From positions 138,694,001 through 138,758,000 of the forward strand of contig OZ024740.1 in assembly GCA_964016885.1 (NCBI GenBank): DNA of 64,000 bases. The letters are read 5' to 3'. This document shows, piece by piece, positions 14,723 through 27,899 of the stretch. This DNA is from Eledone cirrhosa (Eukaryota). Every line of letters begins with the position of its first letter. Position 1 is the stretch's first letter. The notes beneath the pieces are model-generated. The model made no database searches. It had not been told where the DNA came from and worked only from the letters and a program-made list of their open reading frames with translations. The translations under genes and the position numbers were made by a program.

Positions 14723-14834
14723 CCCAGTGCTATCCGCCCACAACAAAAGTCAAACTCGCATCTCATAACAACATTACGGCACAATTATTTCACCTCAACT
14801 GATCCCACCCACTTTGACATTTCACCAAAATACA

Positions 14835-15035
14835 TAAAAACAGAAACAGATTCTATAAATCAAAAATGTCTTTGGACAAATTCCTCCAAGAAAGCCGTCT
14901 ACTCGTGGATATGCCTCCGAAAACAATAACTCTCTACTTGAGTGAGCCATGGTGTTCAAATCATGATTTGAATGATTTCGCCACCAGGTGGGCAAATGGT
15001 GGCCGAAACCTATCAAAGTTCTCAAAGTTAATCAA
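14835..15035 (+). mobile_element. Probable 3' end of a CR1/L2-like LINE
   Basis: Broken translation LDKFLQ...GYASENNNSLLE, followed by a short 3' UTR with a tcaaagtt repeat tail. Confidence 0.4.
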
Positions 15036-15036
15036 A

Positions 15037-15086
<50 letters not shown>

Positions 15087-15308
15087 TTACAGGTAGTAGG
15101 TACACAATCCTTGAAGGGAAAAACACTTAAACACTTGACTTGAGTATCATGGTTAGAGCGCCCCATGTCATAGGTATGCTTATCCACAATCGACCTCATG
15201 TAAAATAACAACATATTCAAGCATCTCTCTCTCGTTGCCCGACAGAGAGAATTAATTTAAGATTTTAATTTAAGATTTTCAGCTCAGTACATTTTATACG
15301 CGAAACTC

Positions 15309-15362
<54 letters not shown>

Positions 15363-15369
<7 letters not shown>

Positions 15370-15822
15370 TATGCGTATAGTATATTTAATAATATACTAT
15401 ATGTTTATTTATAAATATTTTGAAGACCATTCACTATGAATTTTAAAGTAGTGAAAGTAGTGACTACGTCATATACTTCGCTATTTCGGAGCACCAATTC
15501 TAATTTCTAATTTTTGCTGGGTCGGCAACCGCTCTGTATGTTAATTAGTCTAAACAGCTGGTAAACATAACTGGAATTCTGTAAGAAACCAGCTTCTATA
15601 AAGGGGTATGTAGTCTTGACAACCACTTACAAGTGATAAACGGTATTACTGTCGAATACTCCGCTTTGCTTTTGCCGAGACAAAGTATGTGACGTAGTCA
15701 CTACTTTAAAATTCATAGCGAATGGTCTTCAAAATGTTTTTAAATAAACATACAGTATATTATTAAATATACTGTACGTACATTCATATATACATCGCTA
15801 TGTCAGAGCACCAATACTAATA
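15363..15822. repeat. (TA)n-flanked module with diverged inverted arms and a short direct repeat
   Basis: About 15363-15478 is inverted at about 15683-15790. tcgctat.tc.gagcaccaat.ctaat occurs at about 15478 and 15795. Confidence 0.75.
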
Positions 15823-15899
15823 TATATATATTCTTTATTATGGGTATGTGATGTGTCTTGTTACTTCTTATAGGGGCCCCCATGGGTCACTAATGACCT

Positions 15900-16145
15900 T
15901 GGTTTTTCAACTAGAATGTTTCCCTCCGAGACACAAGCCTGGGCAAGTCGTCCATGCATACCAGTCTACTCTCTCCCCGTCACCGATACACCTTGATATC
16001 AGTGACGTTGCAACTCATTTCTACAGTTGAGTGAACTGGAGCAACTTGAAATAAAGTGCCTTGCTCAAGTACACAATGCATCATCCAGTCCGAGAATCGA
16101 ACTCACAACCTCTCAGTTGTAAGCCCAACGCTCTAACTACTAATT
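15900..16145 (-). mobile_element. tRNA-derived SINE, CORE-like (family B)
   Basis: Minus strand has a B-box-like gagttcgattctc followed by cttgagcaaggcactttatttc. A homologous head lies on + at about 42873-42955. Confidence 0.7.
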
Positions 16146-16310
16146 CTTCACGGGATCTTATATATATGTATAAATATTTTCTACAGTATTTAAACTATTT
16201 CCATTCGTTTGAAATCACAAGGAAAAAATCATGGGTAATGTCATGTTCTTGATTAAATAGTGAATACAAATATAAATCTCTTCTTACCATATATTATGTA
16301 ACATAACAAA

Positions 16311-16503
16311 GGGCGGTGAATTGGCAGAATCGGTATAGGGTCGGACGCCATGCTTTACAGCATAGAGTTACGGCCCTTGCCATTCTGAGTTCAAATCCCG
16401 CCGAGGTTAACTTTGCCTTTCATCCTTACGGAGTCGATAAAATAAAGTACCAGTAATGTACTGGAATAATTGCTGGCCCTGTGCCAATAGTAGAAACAAT
16501 TAT
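16311..16503 (+). mobile_element. Full-length SINE, family A
   Basis: A-box-like tggcagaatcgg, B-box gagttcaaatccc, core, tail gtagaaacaattat. 16-bp TSD attatgtaacataaca at 16293-16308 and 16499-16514. Confidence 0.9.
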
Positions 16504-16714
16504 GTAACATAACATAGCTGTCAATTGGTACCATGTATAATAGATACAACGCTCAAAATAGACTGTGTCACCCGCACTCCGACAAGTTCGGGACCACATG
16601 GCACATCAGATATGCACTAGTTTATTATATCGAATGAATAGAGAGTGACGACCTGAACATGTTCCCACTAATGTCTAGTGTGTTCCTGTGACTATAGTTA
16701 TAGTTTTTCTTCTT

Positions 16715-16990
16715 TTCGTTGTTCTGGTTGTGGTAGTTGTGGTCGCCGTCCTCACTGTTGTTGGTGTTATTGTTGTTGGTGTTATTGTGGTTGCTGTTGT
16801 TGTTATTAACAATGTTGTTGTCGTTACTATTGTTGCTGTTGTTATTGTTGTTGTTGTGGTCGTCGCTGTCACTGTTGTTGGTGTTATTGTTGTTGGTGTT
16901 ATTGTGGTTGCTGTTGTTGTTGTTAGCAATGTTGTTGTCGTTACTATTGTTGCCGCCGTTGTTGCTGTTGTTGTTGTTGTTGCCGTTATT
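16715..16990. repeat. (GTT)n-rich tract with an internal duplication of about 118 bp
   Basis: gttgtggtcg..tcactgttgttggtgttattg... begins at about 16736 and again at about 16854. Confidence 0.8.
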
Positions 16991-17338
16991 CTTGTCAGCC
17001 ATTGTTATCATTGTTGTTACATGTGATAATGGCGACATCAAAGATTAATGATGATCAAAATTCACCAGAAACAATAAATTGGTAAGCATTGAAACTCTCA
17101 AACCAGATGATGACTTCTACATCTAAAGGTCACGCTACCATTTCTTCTTCGGCGAGCACTAGTTTATATTAGTAACCATGGTGATAATGATACTAAAAAT
17201 TATTGTTAATGAGACCACCGGAATGACCTTCACCTTTCCGTCTATATAGAAGTATATGCATGTGAGTCGAATTTTATTTATATACATGTGTACATACAGA
17301 CACTCGTGTGTATATATATATATTGAATGTGCGTGTAT

Positions 17339-17430
<92 letters not shown>

Positions 17431-17654
17431 CTGTGTGGGCGTGGGTTCATATTTACATATATACATACAAAATCACACATACATGAACGTATATAATATA
17501 CGAAGCTGCAGTTAGTCCTGGTCTGACAGTATATGACTACTGCCTAATGTATGTCTAGATGTTTTAAATGCTGACATTATGGCTGTGTCCACTGCATATT
17601 CAGTGGTCCCGTCAACCCACTGTTTGCAAATTATTGGATTATGAATAAATACGT

Positions 17655-18702
17655 ATTTTCAGGTCTTGACTAATCGTCCCCCACCCCCGCTTATTAAATC
17701 TTCAGATTTTTTGCATCCCATCCCGCGCTTAATAAATTTTAATAATCTATCCCCGGCGAAATTTTATTGTAAGTGATTCATATCGATACAGCAGCTGGAG
17801 AATTTTATTTTACACAAAAAAACAATTATATATGGCAAAAAAAGATCCCATATTTACAAACGTACACTATACAATTAGCGACACCCCTCGTTTATTTAAA
17901 AACCCAACCCCGTTTATAAGGATTTAAGCAAATGTCCAACCGCCGCTTATCCCCACCATCTATTATTTGGGACCCGTGAATATATGAAGTTGTTTGTCCC
18001 TACGTAGCTTCTTATCTTCCACGAATAGATGGACATTTTTTGCCGTGTTCTTTGGTGGAGTTTGGGGGAAGGAAAACTATCCATAGCCTTCATCTACACA
18101 CCTTTACTGGATAGGTTGGTGCGTTGTAATTACGCTTAAACAGCTGCAAGCCAACTCCGGTATAAAAGACATAACCTGATAGATAGTTAGAAAGGTCTAA
18201 AGTTCTGGAACGGAAGGACTGGGAAAATTAGTTAATGCTGGCCGGGTGGAGATAATAAAAGTGGAAGTTGACATTAATCAACTCCGAGGAGCATAAACTA
18301 TTGTAGTAGTGGGAGACGGAAGACGGGCGCTGGCTTGAAGAGTTTTTAGTTCGCTACGTATTTCATCATTTTTGTACTCTCAGCTCCCAAATAATAAGGA
18401 TAGAGGTAAGCGGGGGGGGGGGGTATTTTTTCTAGGTTGTCTCCGTTGACTTTTTTAAGAAACCAGAATTAGTCATTTAGTTTACATATTTAGACCCCCC
18501 CAATCTATCCTATTTATCTTATTAGGTTTGGGATTTCTAGTAATGCACTTTTTTGTCATGCATAATGTTTTTTAATGTGTAAAGAAAATTGTCGCAGGAG
18601 TGCTACCACTTAAAATAAAATTCACCGGAGATAGATTAGCAAAATTTAATGAGCGGATGGGAGCGGGGTGAAGTGGTGGGGATTATTCAAGATCCAAGAG
18701 TA
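17655..18702. mobile_element. Two diverged, inverted copies of a MITE-like element of about 330 bp
   Basis: 17655-17982 matches the reverse complement of 18374-18702 (shared taaatttt..taatctat..ccgg.gaa.tttatt.taagtg). Each copy has imperfect termini of the form tactct..gtc..aataa. Confidence 0.55.
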
Positions 18703-18782
18703 AGCTCCTAAATAATATGAATAGATTCTATATTTTATTGATTGACTTAACTAGTCACAGGCGCTTATACGATGTATGTAAG

Positions 18783-18857
<75 letters not shown>

Positions 18858-18902
18858 TTATGTGTGCGCGAATGTGTGTGTATGTATATATGGGTGTGTG
18901 TG

Positions 18903-18956
<54 letters not shown>

Positions 18957-19098
18957 GTATATATATATATATATATATGGATGTATGTATGTAAAAAGTA
19001 AACAGAAATAACAACACAATCGGTACGGTATATAGAAGGAATTATATATATCCAGATATATATATATATATAAATATATATATATACACACACACACG

Positions 19099-19146
<48 letters not shown>

Positions 19147-19242
19147 CACACACACATATATATATACACACACACATACATACATATATATACATATATA
19201 TACATACATATATATACATATATATACACACACACACACACA

Positions 19243-19276
<34 letters not shown>

Positions 19277-19310
19277 CATACATATATATACACACACACA
19301 CATACACATA

Positions 19311-19348
<38 letters not shown>

Positions 19349-19431
19349 CATATATATACACACACACACACACACATATATACACACACACACATATATA
19401 TATACATATATATACATACATATATATACAT

Positions 19432-19465
<34 letters not shown>

Positions 19466-19567
19466 GCATGTAAGTATACACACATACACACGGATAAATA
19501 GATTGATAGATAGGTAGATAGGTAGATAATTCTAAGTCTGTGGGGGAGAAACAACAATATTATATCG

Positions 19568-19680
19568 CTCAAATCCCGCCGAGGTTGACTTTGCCGTTCA
19601 TCCTTACGGGGTCGATAAAATAAAGTACCAGTAATGTACTGGGTATTTGCTGGCCTTGTGCCAAAAGTAGAAACAATTAT
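19568..19680 (+). mobile_element. 5'-truncated SINE, family A
   Basis: Core and tail present; flanked on both sides by attatatc. Confidence 0.85.
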
Positions 19681-19761
19681 ATCTTTGATTATTTTTTTAA
19701 TATATATGTATCCAGAGCAATTGAACATGAAATAATTCTTTAATTAAGAACACACACGCAA

Positions 19762-19800
<39 letters not shown>

Positions 19801-19814
19801 TATATATATATATA

Positions 19815-20136
19815 TATATGAAAGACGTAAAACAAGAAAATTTTAAAAATTAAAAATTAACTTACTAAAATTTTCACTCTGTAAGTAAGTAATTTTTATA
19901 TATATATATGTATTTTCACTAGTAAGTTAATTTTTATATATATATATGTATTTTCACTAGTAAGTAAGTTAATTTTTATATATATATATGTATTTTCACT
20001 AGTAAGTAAGTTAATTTTTATATATATATATGTATTTTCACTAGTAAGTAAGTTAATTTTTATATATATGTATTTTCACTAGTAAGTAAGTTAATTTTTA
20101 ATTTTTAAAATTTTCTTATTTTACGTCTTTCATATA
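19815..20136. repeat. 52-bp inverted arms enclosing a tandem array of about 40-bp units
   Basis: Arms at 19815-19866 and 20085-20136. Unit tattttcactagtaagtaagttaatttt(ta)n, about 6 copies. Confidence 0.85.
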
Positions 20137-20487
20137 ATTGTTCTGCACCCCCCTGCATAGAACCACCTAGGTACTTTGACATAACTTATATATTTGCTAG
20201 CATTAGTGTACATATGTACGCATATGTTGGTAGATGTACTAATTCTCTCTCTCTCTCTCTCTATATATATATAGAAATATTAAAACAATGAAATTAAACA
20301 CAAAGAATTAACAGTTTTGTGTTTAATTTCATTTTTTAATATTTCTATTTTGACTCTGTATCCAATTGAATTATATCGTTGATAAAAAAATGTTTGTATT
20401 TTAAACTTTGCTTCACAACATCTTCTACATACTGATTACATTGAGTTCTTCATACGGTTTAGACCCTACCGTTGAGTGGTAGATTTA

Positions 20488-20530
<43 letters not shown>

Positions 20531-20538
20531 TAATGTAT

Positions 20539-20596
<58 letters not shown>

Positions 20597-21863
20597 TAAT
20601 GTACACACACACACACATATATATGTAATTATATATACAGAAACATACATTCATGTGTATTCACCGGCACACCTACGTACACATATTTATGTACACTTGT
20701 CTTTGCTTTTATTGCTGTTGTTGTTGTTGTTGCTGCTGTTGTTTTCGTTCTTCTTCTTCCTCCTGGTGGTGTTGCTGTTGTTTTCTTTGTTATGCGTGAG
20801 TTTCTTTTTCACAAAGATGTGCATAAAAGAATCACACACACACACTACACTACACTACACACACACACACACACACATTCACATGATGGAGAAATTTATG
20901 TCCTCAATTAGTCATTTAAAACGAGAAATATTTTTTAAAAAACTCTTATACGAACGCAACCGAAACAAAATGTCCGCTGCACTGTTAATCAGGTATGTAG
21001 TCACGTGACATTCATTACATATTTTCCTGTCTTGCGTTGTGAGCTGGGCAGTAAAGCGATTTTTTAACAAACACCCACCCTACCCCAAAACAAATGAACA
21101 AAGGACAAATACTGAAAAAAAAAATCCCAAAACGAAAGCAAATTTTTCAATTTTCTTGTTTATCTTCTTCATTCAGTTATATTGATTATATATAGTATAA
21201 TTTCATTTTATTTCATTGCTTCGGCATTTTGAACGAAACCATTGTCGCATTTACCGAAACTTTAAATTGCACAGATTGGTGCAGCTTCCTATTGTAGTTT
21301 CAGTGATTGTTGTTCCTGCCATTAGTAATATTTCTGTTGTTCTTCTTGTCACTAATGTTTCTATCACTGTTACAGCACAGCTCTGATTGGGCCTACCTAC
21401 GATCAAAGACTTTCCAATTGTGGCAAAGCTGTGTATCTTTAAAGAATATTATAACTAGGACTACACTGTCAATGTTCTGAGTTTTTTTTGTATTTTTGAT
21501 TTTTTGTTTTCTGTTATTTCATAGATTACATACAAAATACAAACACCATCCAACAAAATAACACAACATACACAGTACATATTATAATCACCGTCAAACA
21601 CTAACATAAATAAAACTATTAATAAAGAGGATACTAAACAAATACCACCAAACAAAATAACACAAACCACATTGCACATGCTCAGTACAACATAAACAAC
21701 ACGACAATCCTCACTACAATATGAAATAGATATATAAACACAATTGTACATTAACAAAAAAAAATTCTACACACATCTCAGGAATGTGGAGGTATATGCA
21801 CATGCTGATGCAGTAGAAGTCATATAAAACTTGAAATCATACTACTACTACTACTACTACTAC

Positions 21864-21904
<41 letters not shown>

Positions 21905-22155
21905 GATTTCTTTATTAACCACAAGGGTTTACATAAAGTAGACATTAAGGACAGTGCAGGACAATGCAGGACGGTACAAATGGGCATTTCTGCGTGTAAA
22001 AAACAAAAACAGAGGATGTAACAAAAAAATAACAATGAAAAATTCCCCAATAGGGGGGAGACTTCGGAGGGACATTTGTGGAGAAAGCCCAGTAAAAAGC
22101 CACAATGACCCTGACCACCAAGGCAAGTGGCCTCTCCCAGTTTTCCACCTTTAAT

Positions 22156-25100
22156 TTACAGATATATACTCAGAGTAGGCCCATTCACTCGGGCCATTCT
22201 TGCTTCTCTCACCCATCTTTCAACAAAATGCTGGGAAGAGAGCACTTCCCTCTCTACTCTGATTTTCCTTTTCAAATGAAATTTGAAAAAGTCAATCAGA
22301 GCATCACCGAAGAGGTAAGTGCTCGTCTTCAGCCCTTTCAAACGTGTCCACCATACTATCTCTTTCGCCATAGCCACCAGACAGATAAAAACTGCCTGCC
22401 CTTCCCGGCTAAAGGAGGAGGGTGGGGCAATCCTCACGATGGACTCAGATGATAGCCGGATCCGTCCTACACGCGACAGCAGGTGTTCGACATAAACCCA
22501 CAAGTCAGCAATTTTCGGACACTGGACGAGTGCGTGCAGGACGGTTTCGTCGCCCTGCGCGCATCTCGGACATGCCCGGCTGACGGCACCTCCATGCCTG
22601 TAGAGTTTATCCCGAACTGGCAAGGCTCCTCGGTAGCACTGCCAGGCCAGAGATTTCTGGAAGTTGTCCATAGGCCCTGGCCCGAAAGTTCTTCCGAAGA
22701 GATTGGCTAGTTGATTTTCGTCGACGCCTAGAGTTTTCCCAAGTACGTCGTCGCTCTTCCCCTCCACTAATCCTCTATAGAACGCCGAGGTGGAGTTTCC
22801 ACCGATCACATTGCCCGATTGGTCGAGGGCTGTGAGCGCCTGAAGACATTCCAGTCTCCAGGCGCTCCCTCTCGGTCTTCGCTTGACCCAGGACTGCAGC
22901 TCCGTCAAGGAAACGAGCTGGGGAAATACGTGTCTAGCAAACGGCGACCACACCTGATCACCGTCGAGGAAGAGGTGGAGATGTCGTAGCCTGAGCGCGT
23001 GCCTGCGCATCATCAGCCACGGCATGCCCAGCCCTCCACGTAGCGGGTGTTGACAACAGATGGACCGCCTGACCATCGGAGCGCGTCCCTTCCACAAAAA
23101 GCGAAAGAGCAAATGCTCCAGCGCAGTCAGGCGAGGCTTAGGACAAGGTACGACGGTCAGGCGGTAGCAGATAACGGACGCGATGTACGCGTTAGCCACC
23201 TCCGCTCGACCTTTCAGGGATAGCTTCCTCTCGGCTCATTTCTGGGTGAGAGAAGCCACCCTGCTCGTCACCTCGTCCCAGTTTTTGTCCGTCTGGAGGT
23301 CCGGACCGAACCAGACCCCTAGCAATTTAACCGGTCCGTCCGTCCAGCGTCCGACGACGCTGTTGGACGGCATGGACCTGCCTCTCCAGGTGCCGAGCTG
23401 CAGGCCCACTGACTTTTCCTGGTTGATCATTGCTCCTGTCACCGCTTCGTATTCTCTTAGTGTAGTGCCGATCGCCTCGATGTGTTTGGCGCTCGACACC
23501 ACTACGGTGACATCGTCCGCATATGCTGACACTGATCTTCCGCATCCTAGTTCGCGCGGGACTCCCCTCAACGTCTCCAGTTTGTGCAGTAATGGCTCGA
23601 GAGTCAATACGTACAAGAGGGACGAGAGGGGACATCCTTGGCGGACCGAGCGCATGATGTTGAACGGTTCCGACAGGTGACCGTTCACTCTCACGACAGA
23701 GCAGATGTTGCTGTGCATGGCAGCGATCCAGACTCTGAAGACGGGCCCAAAGCCAGCCGCCCTCAGGACGGCCGCTAGGTAACGATGGTCGACCCTATCG
23801 AAAGCTTTCGACTGATCTAAATTGATCAAGGACCCACCCGTGCCAGGTTCCTTAGCTACCCTCTCTATGATGTATCGCATGAGGTGGAGGTTGTCGTGGA
23901 TGGATCTGTCGGGAATGGCGCATGTCTGCGCCTCTCCCACCAGACCACCAACGACAAGTGCCAACCACTTTGCTAGCACCTTGGCCAAAATCTTGAACTC
24001 TGTGTTTAGCAGAGTTATGGGCCGGAAATTATCTATGTTATCCCCCTTGTTCGGATCCTTTCTCAGCAGTGCCACCGCTCCTCGGCTCACAGAACTGGAA
24101 ATTCTCCCGTTCTGTTGCTACTTGCAGTAGACGTCCGCTAAGAGGCCTCCGAACAAGTCTGGCATCTGTACGTAAAGTTCATAGGGCAGACCATCCAAAC
24201 CAGGCGATTTACCCCTTGTGCAGCCAGTCATTGCCTCCCTTTCTTCAGCAGCTGTTATCGGCTTTTCGCAACACTTCGCCTCAGTGGCCGAGAGCCGCGG
24301 CAGTCCGTCGAGGTAGACACTAAAGTCCATCCCTCTACCCGGCCCACCGCTGCCCCCGAACAGCTGAGCGAAGTGTCGCTGAAAAGCTTCACACATTTGC
24401 CCGGGATCGAGTAGCATGCGCCCGTCGTGGTCCACCAAAGACCGGATCGTGGCTTTGTTGCCACGACGCGCCTCCGCCACTCGGGCCCATTGAACGGCTT
24501 TCGTCCCCTCGTGTCTGAGAGCACGCACCCTTGCTCTGACAACGCAGCCTTCGTGCTTTGCATTGAAGAATTGGTCAAGGGCCAATTTCGCCGCAAGCAC
24601 GTCGGTCGCAATGCCTTTGCTAAGCGCCTCGTCTAATTTTCTAACTAGTTCTCCCTCTGCTCTATTTTTCTCTATTGCTAAAGCCTTACTAAACCTAATC
24701 GATTCTATTCTAATCGCTCTTTTCAGAGCAAACCACCACTTGTTGTTGACGATGGCCCCCGTCAACGCCCGCTTAACTAGTTCGCTAATCCGGTCTCTGT
24801 AGGCCTTGCGCGCTGGTAAGGACGCGTTTAGCTTCCAGTAGCCGGGTCCTCGTCTATGAAGCCTACCTAAGTCAAGCACACAGATCACGAATTTGTGGTC
24901 CGTGTAGCTGATTATCTTGAATTGTGGACAGCCTATGCTAGACCTATCTATTTCCCTACAAAATACTCTATCTAGATATGATCTGGATGACCCTATGCGG
25001 TTTGTCCAAGTCCACATTGGCACATTCGGGAAATCCAATCGGTACCTGTCAGACAGTTCAAAACGCCTGAGCAGGTTGGTGAGGCTCTTGCACCCTCCAC

Positions 25101-25575
25101 CCCTATTCGCTAATCCCACACAGTCCCAGCGTACATCTAAGATCCCGTTCCAGTCGCCCACTAACACTAAAAAGCGGGACGTTCCAAGAAAGGTCTCCAG
25201 ACGGCGGAAGGAATCAGGCCGCCCTGCTCCTGTCGGGGCATAGACGGCCACTAGCCTGAAAGCTTTCCCGTCTCCGCTGGTCACGTCCAGCACCACCAGC
25301 TTACCCTCTGGGTCCAGGAAGATGGCCCGTATGGCGAGATCTACACCTCTCCGAAAAAGCACAGCAACTCCTCCACCCGATCTAGGACGGCTGGGAGATG
25401 CGTACACATCGTAGCCGCCGAAGATCGGTGCGAAGGCCCGTGCTTCGGAGATTCTGGTCTCGCTTATGGCCACTACATCTATGTTTAGTGACCTGAGGTC
25501 GTTGAGCAGGTGACCCTGCTTCCATGACGACCCCAAGCCACGCGCATTTATGCTGCCTATTCTGAGTGAGGTCAT
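22156..25575 (-). pseudogene. Tx1 ORF2 (APE endonuclease, reverse transcriptase, C-terminal Cys/His finger); one frame with two in-frame stops
   Basis: APE motifs SINARGL, SETR, GDWN, SYLDR, TDH. RT motifs FRPITLLN, LDQSKAFDRV, RQGCPLS, YADD. Finger CPRC..ETVLHALVQC. The three ORF-track pieces share one frame, with TAG at 24118-24120 and TGA at 23236-23238. Confidence 0.92.
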
Positions 25576-25610
25576 GTTTAAAATAGAGTGGAAAAGATGG
25601 GAAAGACCAC

Positions 25611-27685
25611 TTACCGTACTTTTGGTAGAGGAGGGATGGTTTTTACATCCCTTTTCACTTGATCGTCTGGTGAAGGGACCGTTGAATCGTCCCTTCGGCT
25701 GGTCGTCGGCTCTTCTAAGAGAATGTCTGAATATACTCTTCGATTGATGGTTCCTCCTAGGTCCCTGAAATCACCAACTGCGTTGGGGAATTTCGTTTTA
25801 ATGTTTGTGTATTGTTTCTGTGCTATTTTTAGCAGTCTTATGTTAGTTGGCGTTTTGATTGGTGCTGGTATTATGTAGTCCTGTTGTGAAATGTCTGTGT
25901 GTTCAATTATGTGAGTCATTAGTTTCTTGTTGTGTGTATTTATTGCCATGCATTTGTTTTTCTGGGGGTGGGGTGTGGTTCTGCTATTTTCTTGTCGTTG
26001 TTGCTGGGTGTGTGTGTTTTGTTGTTGTGTTTGCGATGTTGGTGCTTGTGGTGGTGGTGTTGAAGGTGTTGTTGGCGGTGGGGTTGTCGCCGGTGGTGAT
26101 GGTGGTGCTAGTGTGGGTGGTGATGGTGTTGGTGGTGTTGCTGCTGTGGGTCTCTTTGCAGTAGACTTTACCTTTTTCTCATTTCTTTCCTCCCTTTTCA
26201 AAGGCGACGATGCGCTGCTTCTGCGTTTGTGCCTTCTTACGACCTTTTGCCATCCCTCTCCCACCTCACACTCCATGTCTGATTCTGTGAGGTCGGGGAG
26301 GGGTACCAGCTCCACTCTTTCACTTGTTGTTGTTGGTGATGTTTGCACTGGAGTCTCTGTTGCAGCTGCATTTGGTATTGCTGTTGTTGTTGTTAATATT
26401 TCCACTGCTGCTGCTGTTTTTGATTTCCGTGGAGTGGGTATGGGTGCCACGGACCTATCGTTCCTGGTTGCCGCTTGTCCTGTTGCTGGTAGCCGTGGAG
26501 CCGGATTCGGAAGGAGGGGGGTTTTCTCCTTTCTCAGGTCTTCTCGTTGCAGAAGGCCCTGAGGTGAGTCTTTGATCCACAGCGAAAGCATTTCGGGCGT
26601 TTGCCCTCAACACTTATGGGCAGTTGAGTGCCGTTATCGAAGTCTATCACATCCGGGATAGCTTCGATGCACTCCTGGTTGGTTTGGATTAGCATCTCAA
26701 TGGAGGTGCCGACCCAATCTTCTCTTACTTCTTTCTGTACTTGCAGTACAGTTGTTTTGTCCTCGATTCCGACGAGGACAGACGCGGCCAGCCAAGAAGG
26801 GGCCATTCCGGAGGGGACGTGGGTCAGTTTGACCCTCACAATTTTTTGCCCGCAGTAGGAGGGCACCAACACCATTTCCTCGCTCCTTAGGGTCACTACT
26901 GATTGGGCCTTTGCCTCCTGGGGTGTGGCAAAAAGTACGTCTACGGTGACATATTTTTTGCCTCGGGTGATGTGCGTTTTCCGCTGCCACACAGACCCCA
27001 AGGCTTTTTGTATCTGAGCCTCTGTGGCTCTTTCCACCCTACGGGATTTTGTACTTACTGTACGGTACGTGACCGTACAGTGCTGTTGGGTTTCGAAAAA
27101 TTTTTCCGCTGCCTTGCAGATTGCTCGGTGTCCATTCTTTGTCACCATCTTCTTCGCTTCCTCTAATTCCTCATTTGTTATGAGGATTGTTTCCAAGTTT
27201 TTCGCAATGCCTGCAAATGAGATTGGTTTTTCTTTGCTGCTATTGTTGTTGTTGTCGTCAGAGCTGCTGGTACTTTTGTTGTTGCTGCAGGTACTACGAC
27301 TACTGCCTCCGCCGCTGTTGCTGTGGTTGTTGTTGGTGTTGCTGCTGCTAATGCTGTTGTTGTTTATGCTGCTGGTGATGCTGTTGCGGCTGCTACTGTT
27401 GTTTTCATTGTCACTGTTGCTGTTGTTATTACGGCTGCTACTGCTATTATTCCTGACGTCAGACGAATGAACTGGGTTTTCGTATTTCCCGCACACCTGT
27501 TTCGTCGCTGTCGTCGTCGTCGTGGAGAAACCTTGCACGCTTTGCACGAGACTTTTCTTTTCTTTCGTCGCTTGCGAAAGAGAAGGGAGGGAGAGAGACA
27601 ATCTTCTCTCTGCTGTAGTGATGATTGAGGAAGAAGAAGACGGAATGAGTGGGAGTGACGTATGAAATTTCTTTTTCGTAGCCAT
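25611..27685 (-). pseudogene. Tx1 ORF1 (gag-like), split by a frameshift near 26550
   Basis: Zinc knuckle CFRCGSKTHLRAFC (CX2CX4HX4C) ends the first piece. The continuation in another frame is Pro/Thr-rich and basic (WQKVVRRHKRR). Confidence 0.8.
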
Positions 27686-27899
27686 GTTGTTTTTTGTTTA
27701 AAATGAATATTGGGTACAAAACCCCAATAACTGGTTATTTAACCCCGAAGGGCCAAATAACGGACAGAAAGACCCCTCTCACGAGGAGGAGGGTGTCTTT
27801 ATCAACAATTTGGTTCAAGTTTTAAACAATTTACAATTGTTTTAACGGTTAAAAATTACTATACCTTACAGAGCCGAGCCTCCGTCAACCATGGCATTC

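Larger units (their letters stand above)
21902..27899 (-). mobile_element. Near full-length Tx1/L1-clade non-LTR retrotransposon, about 6 kb
   Basis: ORF1 carries a CCHC knuckle and ORF2 has APE, RT and a C-terminal zinc finger. (AAT)n lies at both ends, 21864-21902 and 27900-27950. Confidence 0.92.

Noticed and set aside
16311-16400. tRNA gene
   Set aside because: The A and B boxes belong to a SINE head with a TSD; I could not form a complete cloverleaf.
22105-27628. Plus-strand ORFs overlapping the Tx1 element
   Set aside because: They are antisense shadows of a GC-richer coding strand and show no motifs.
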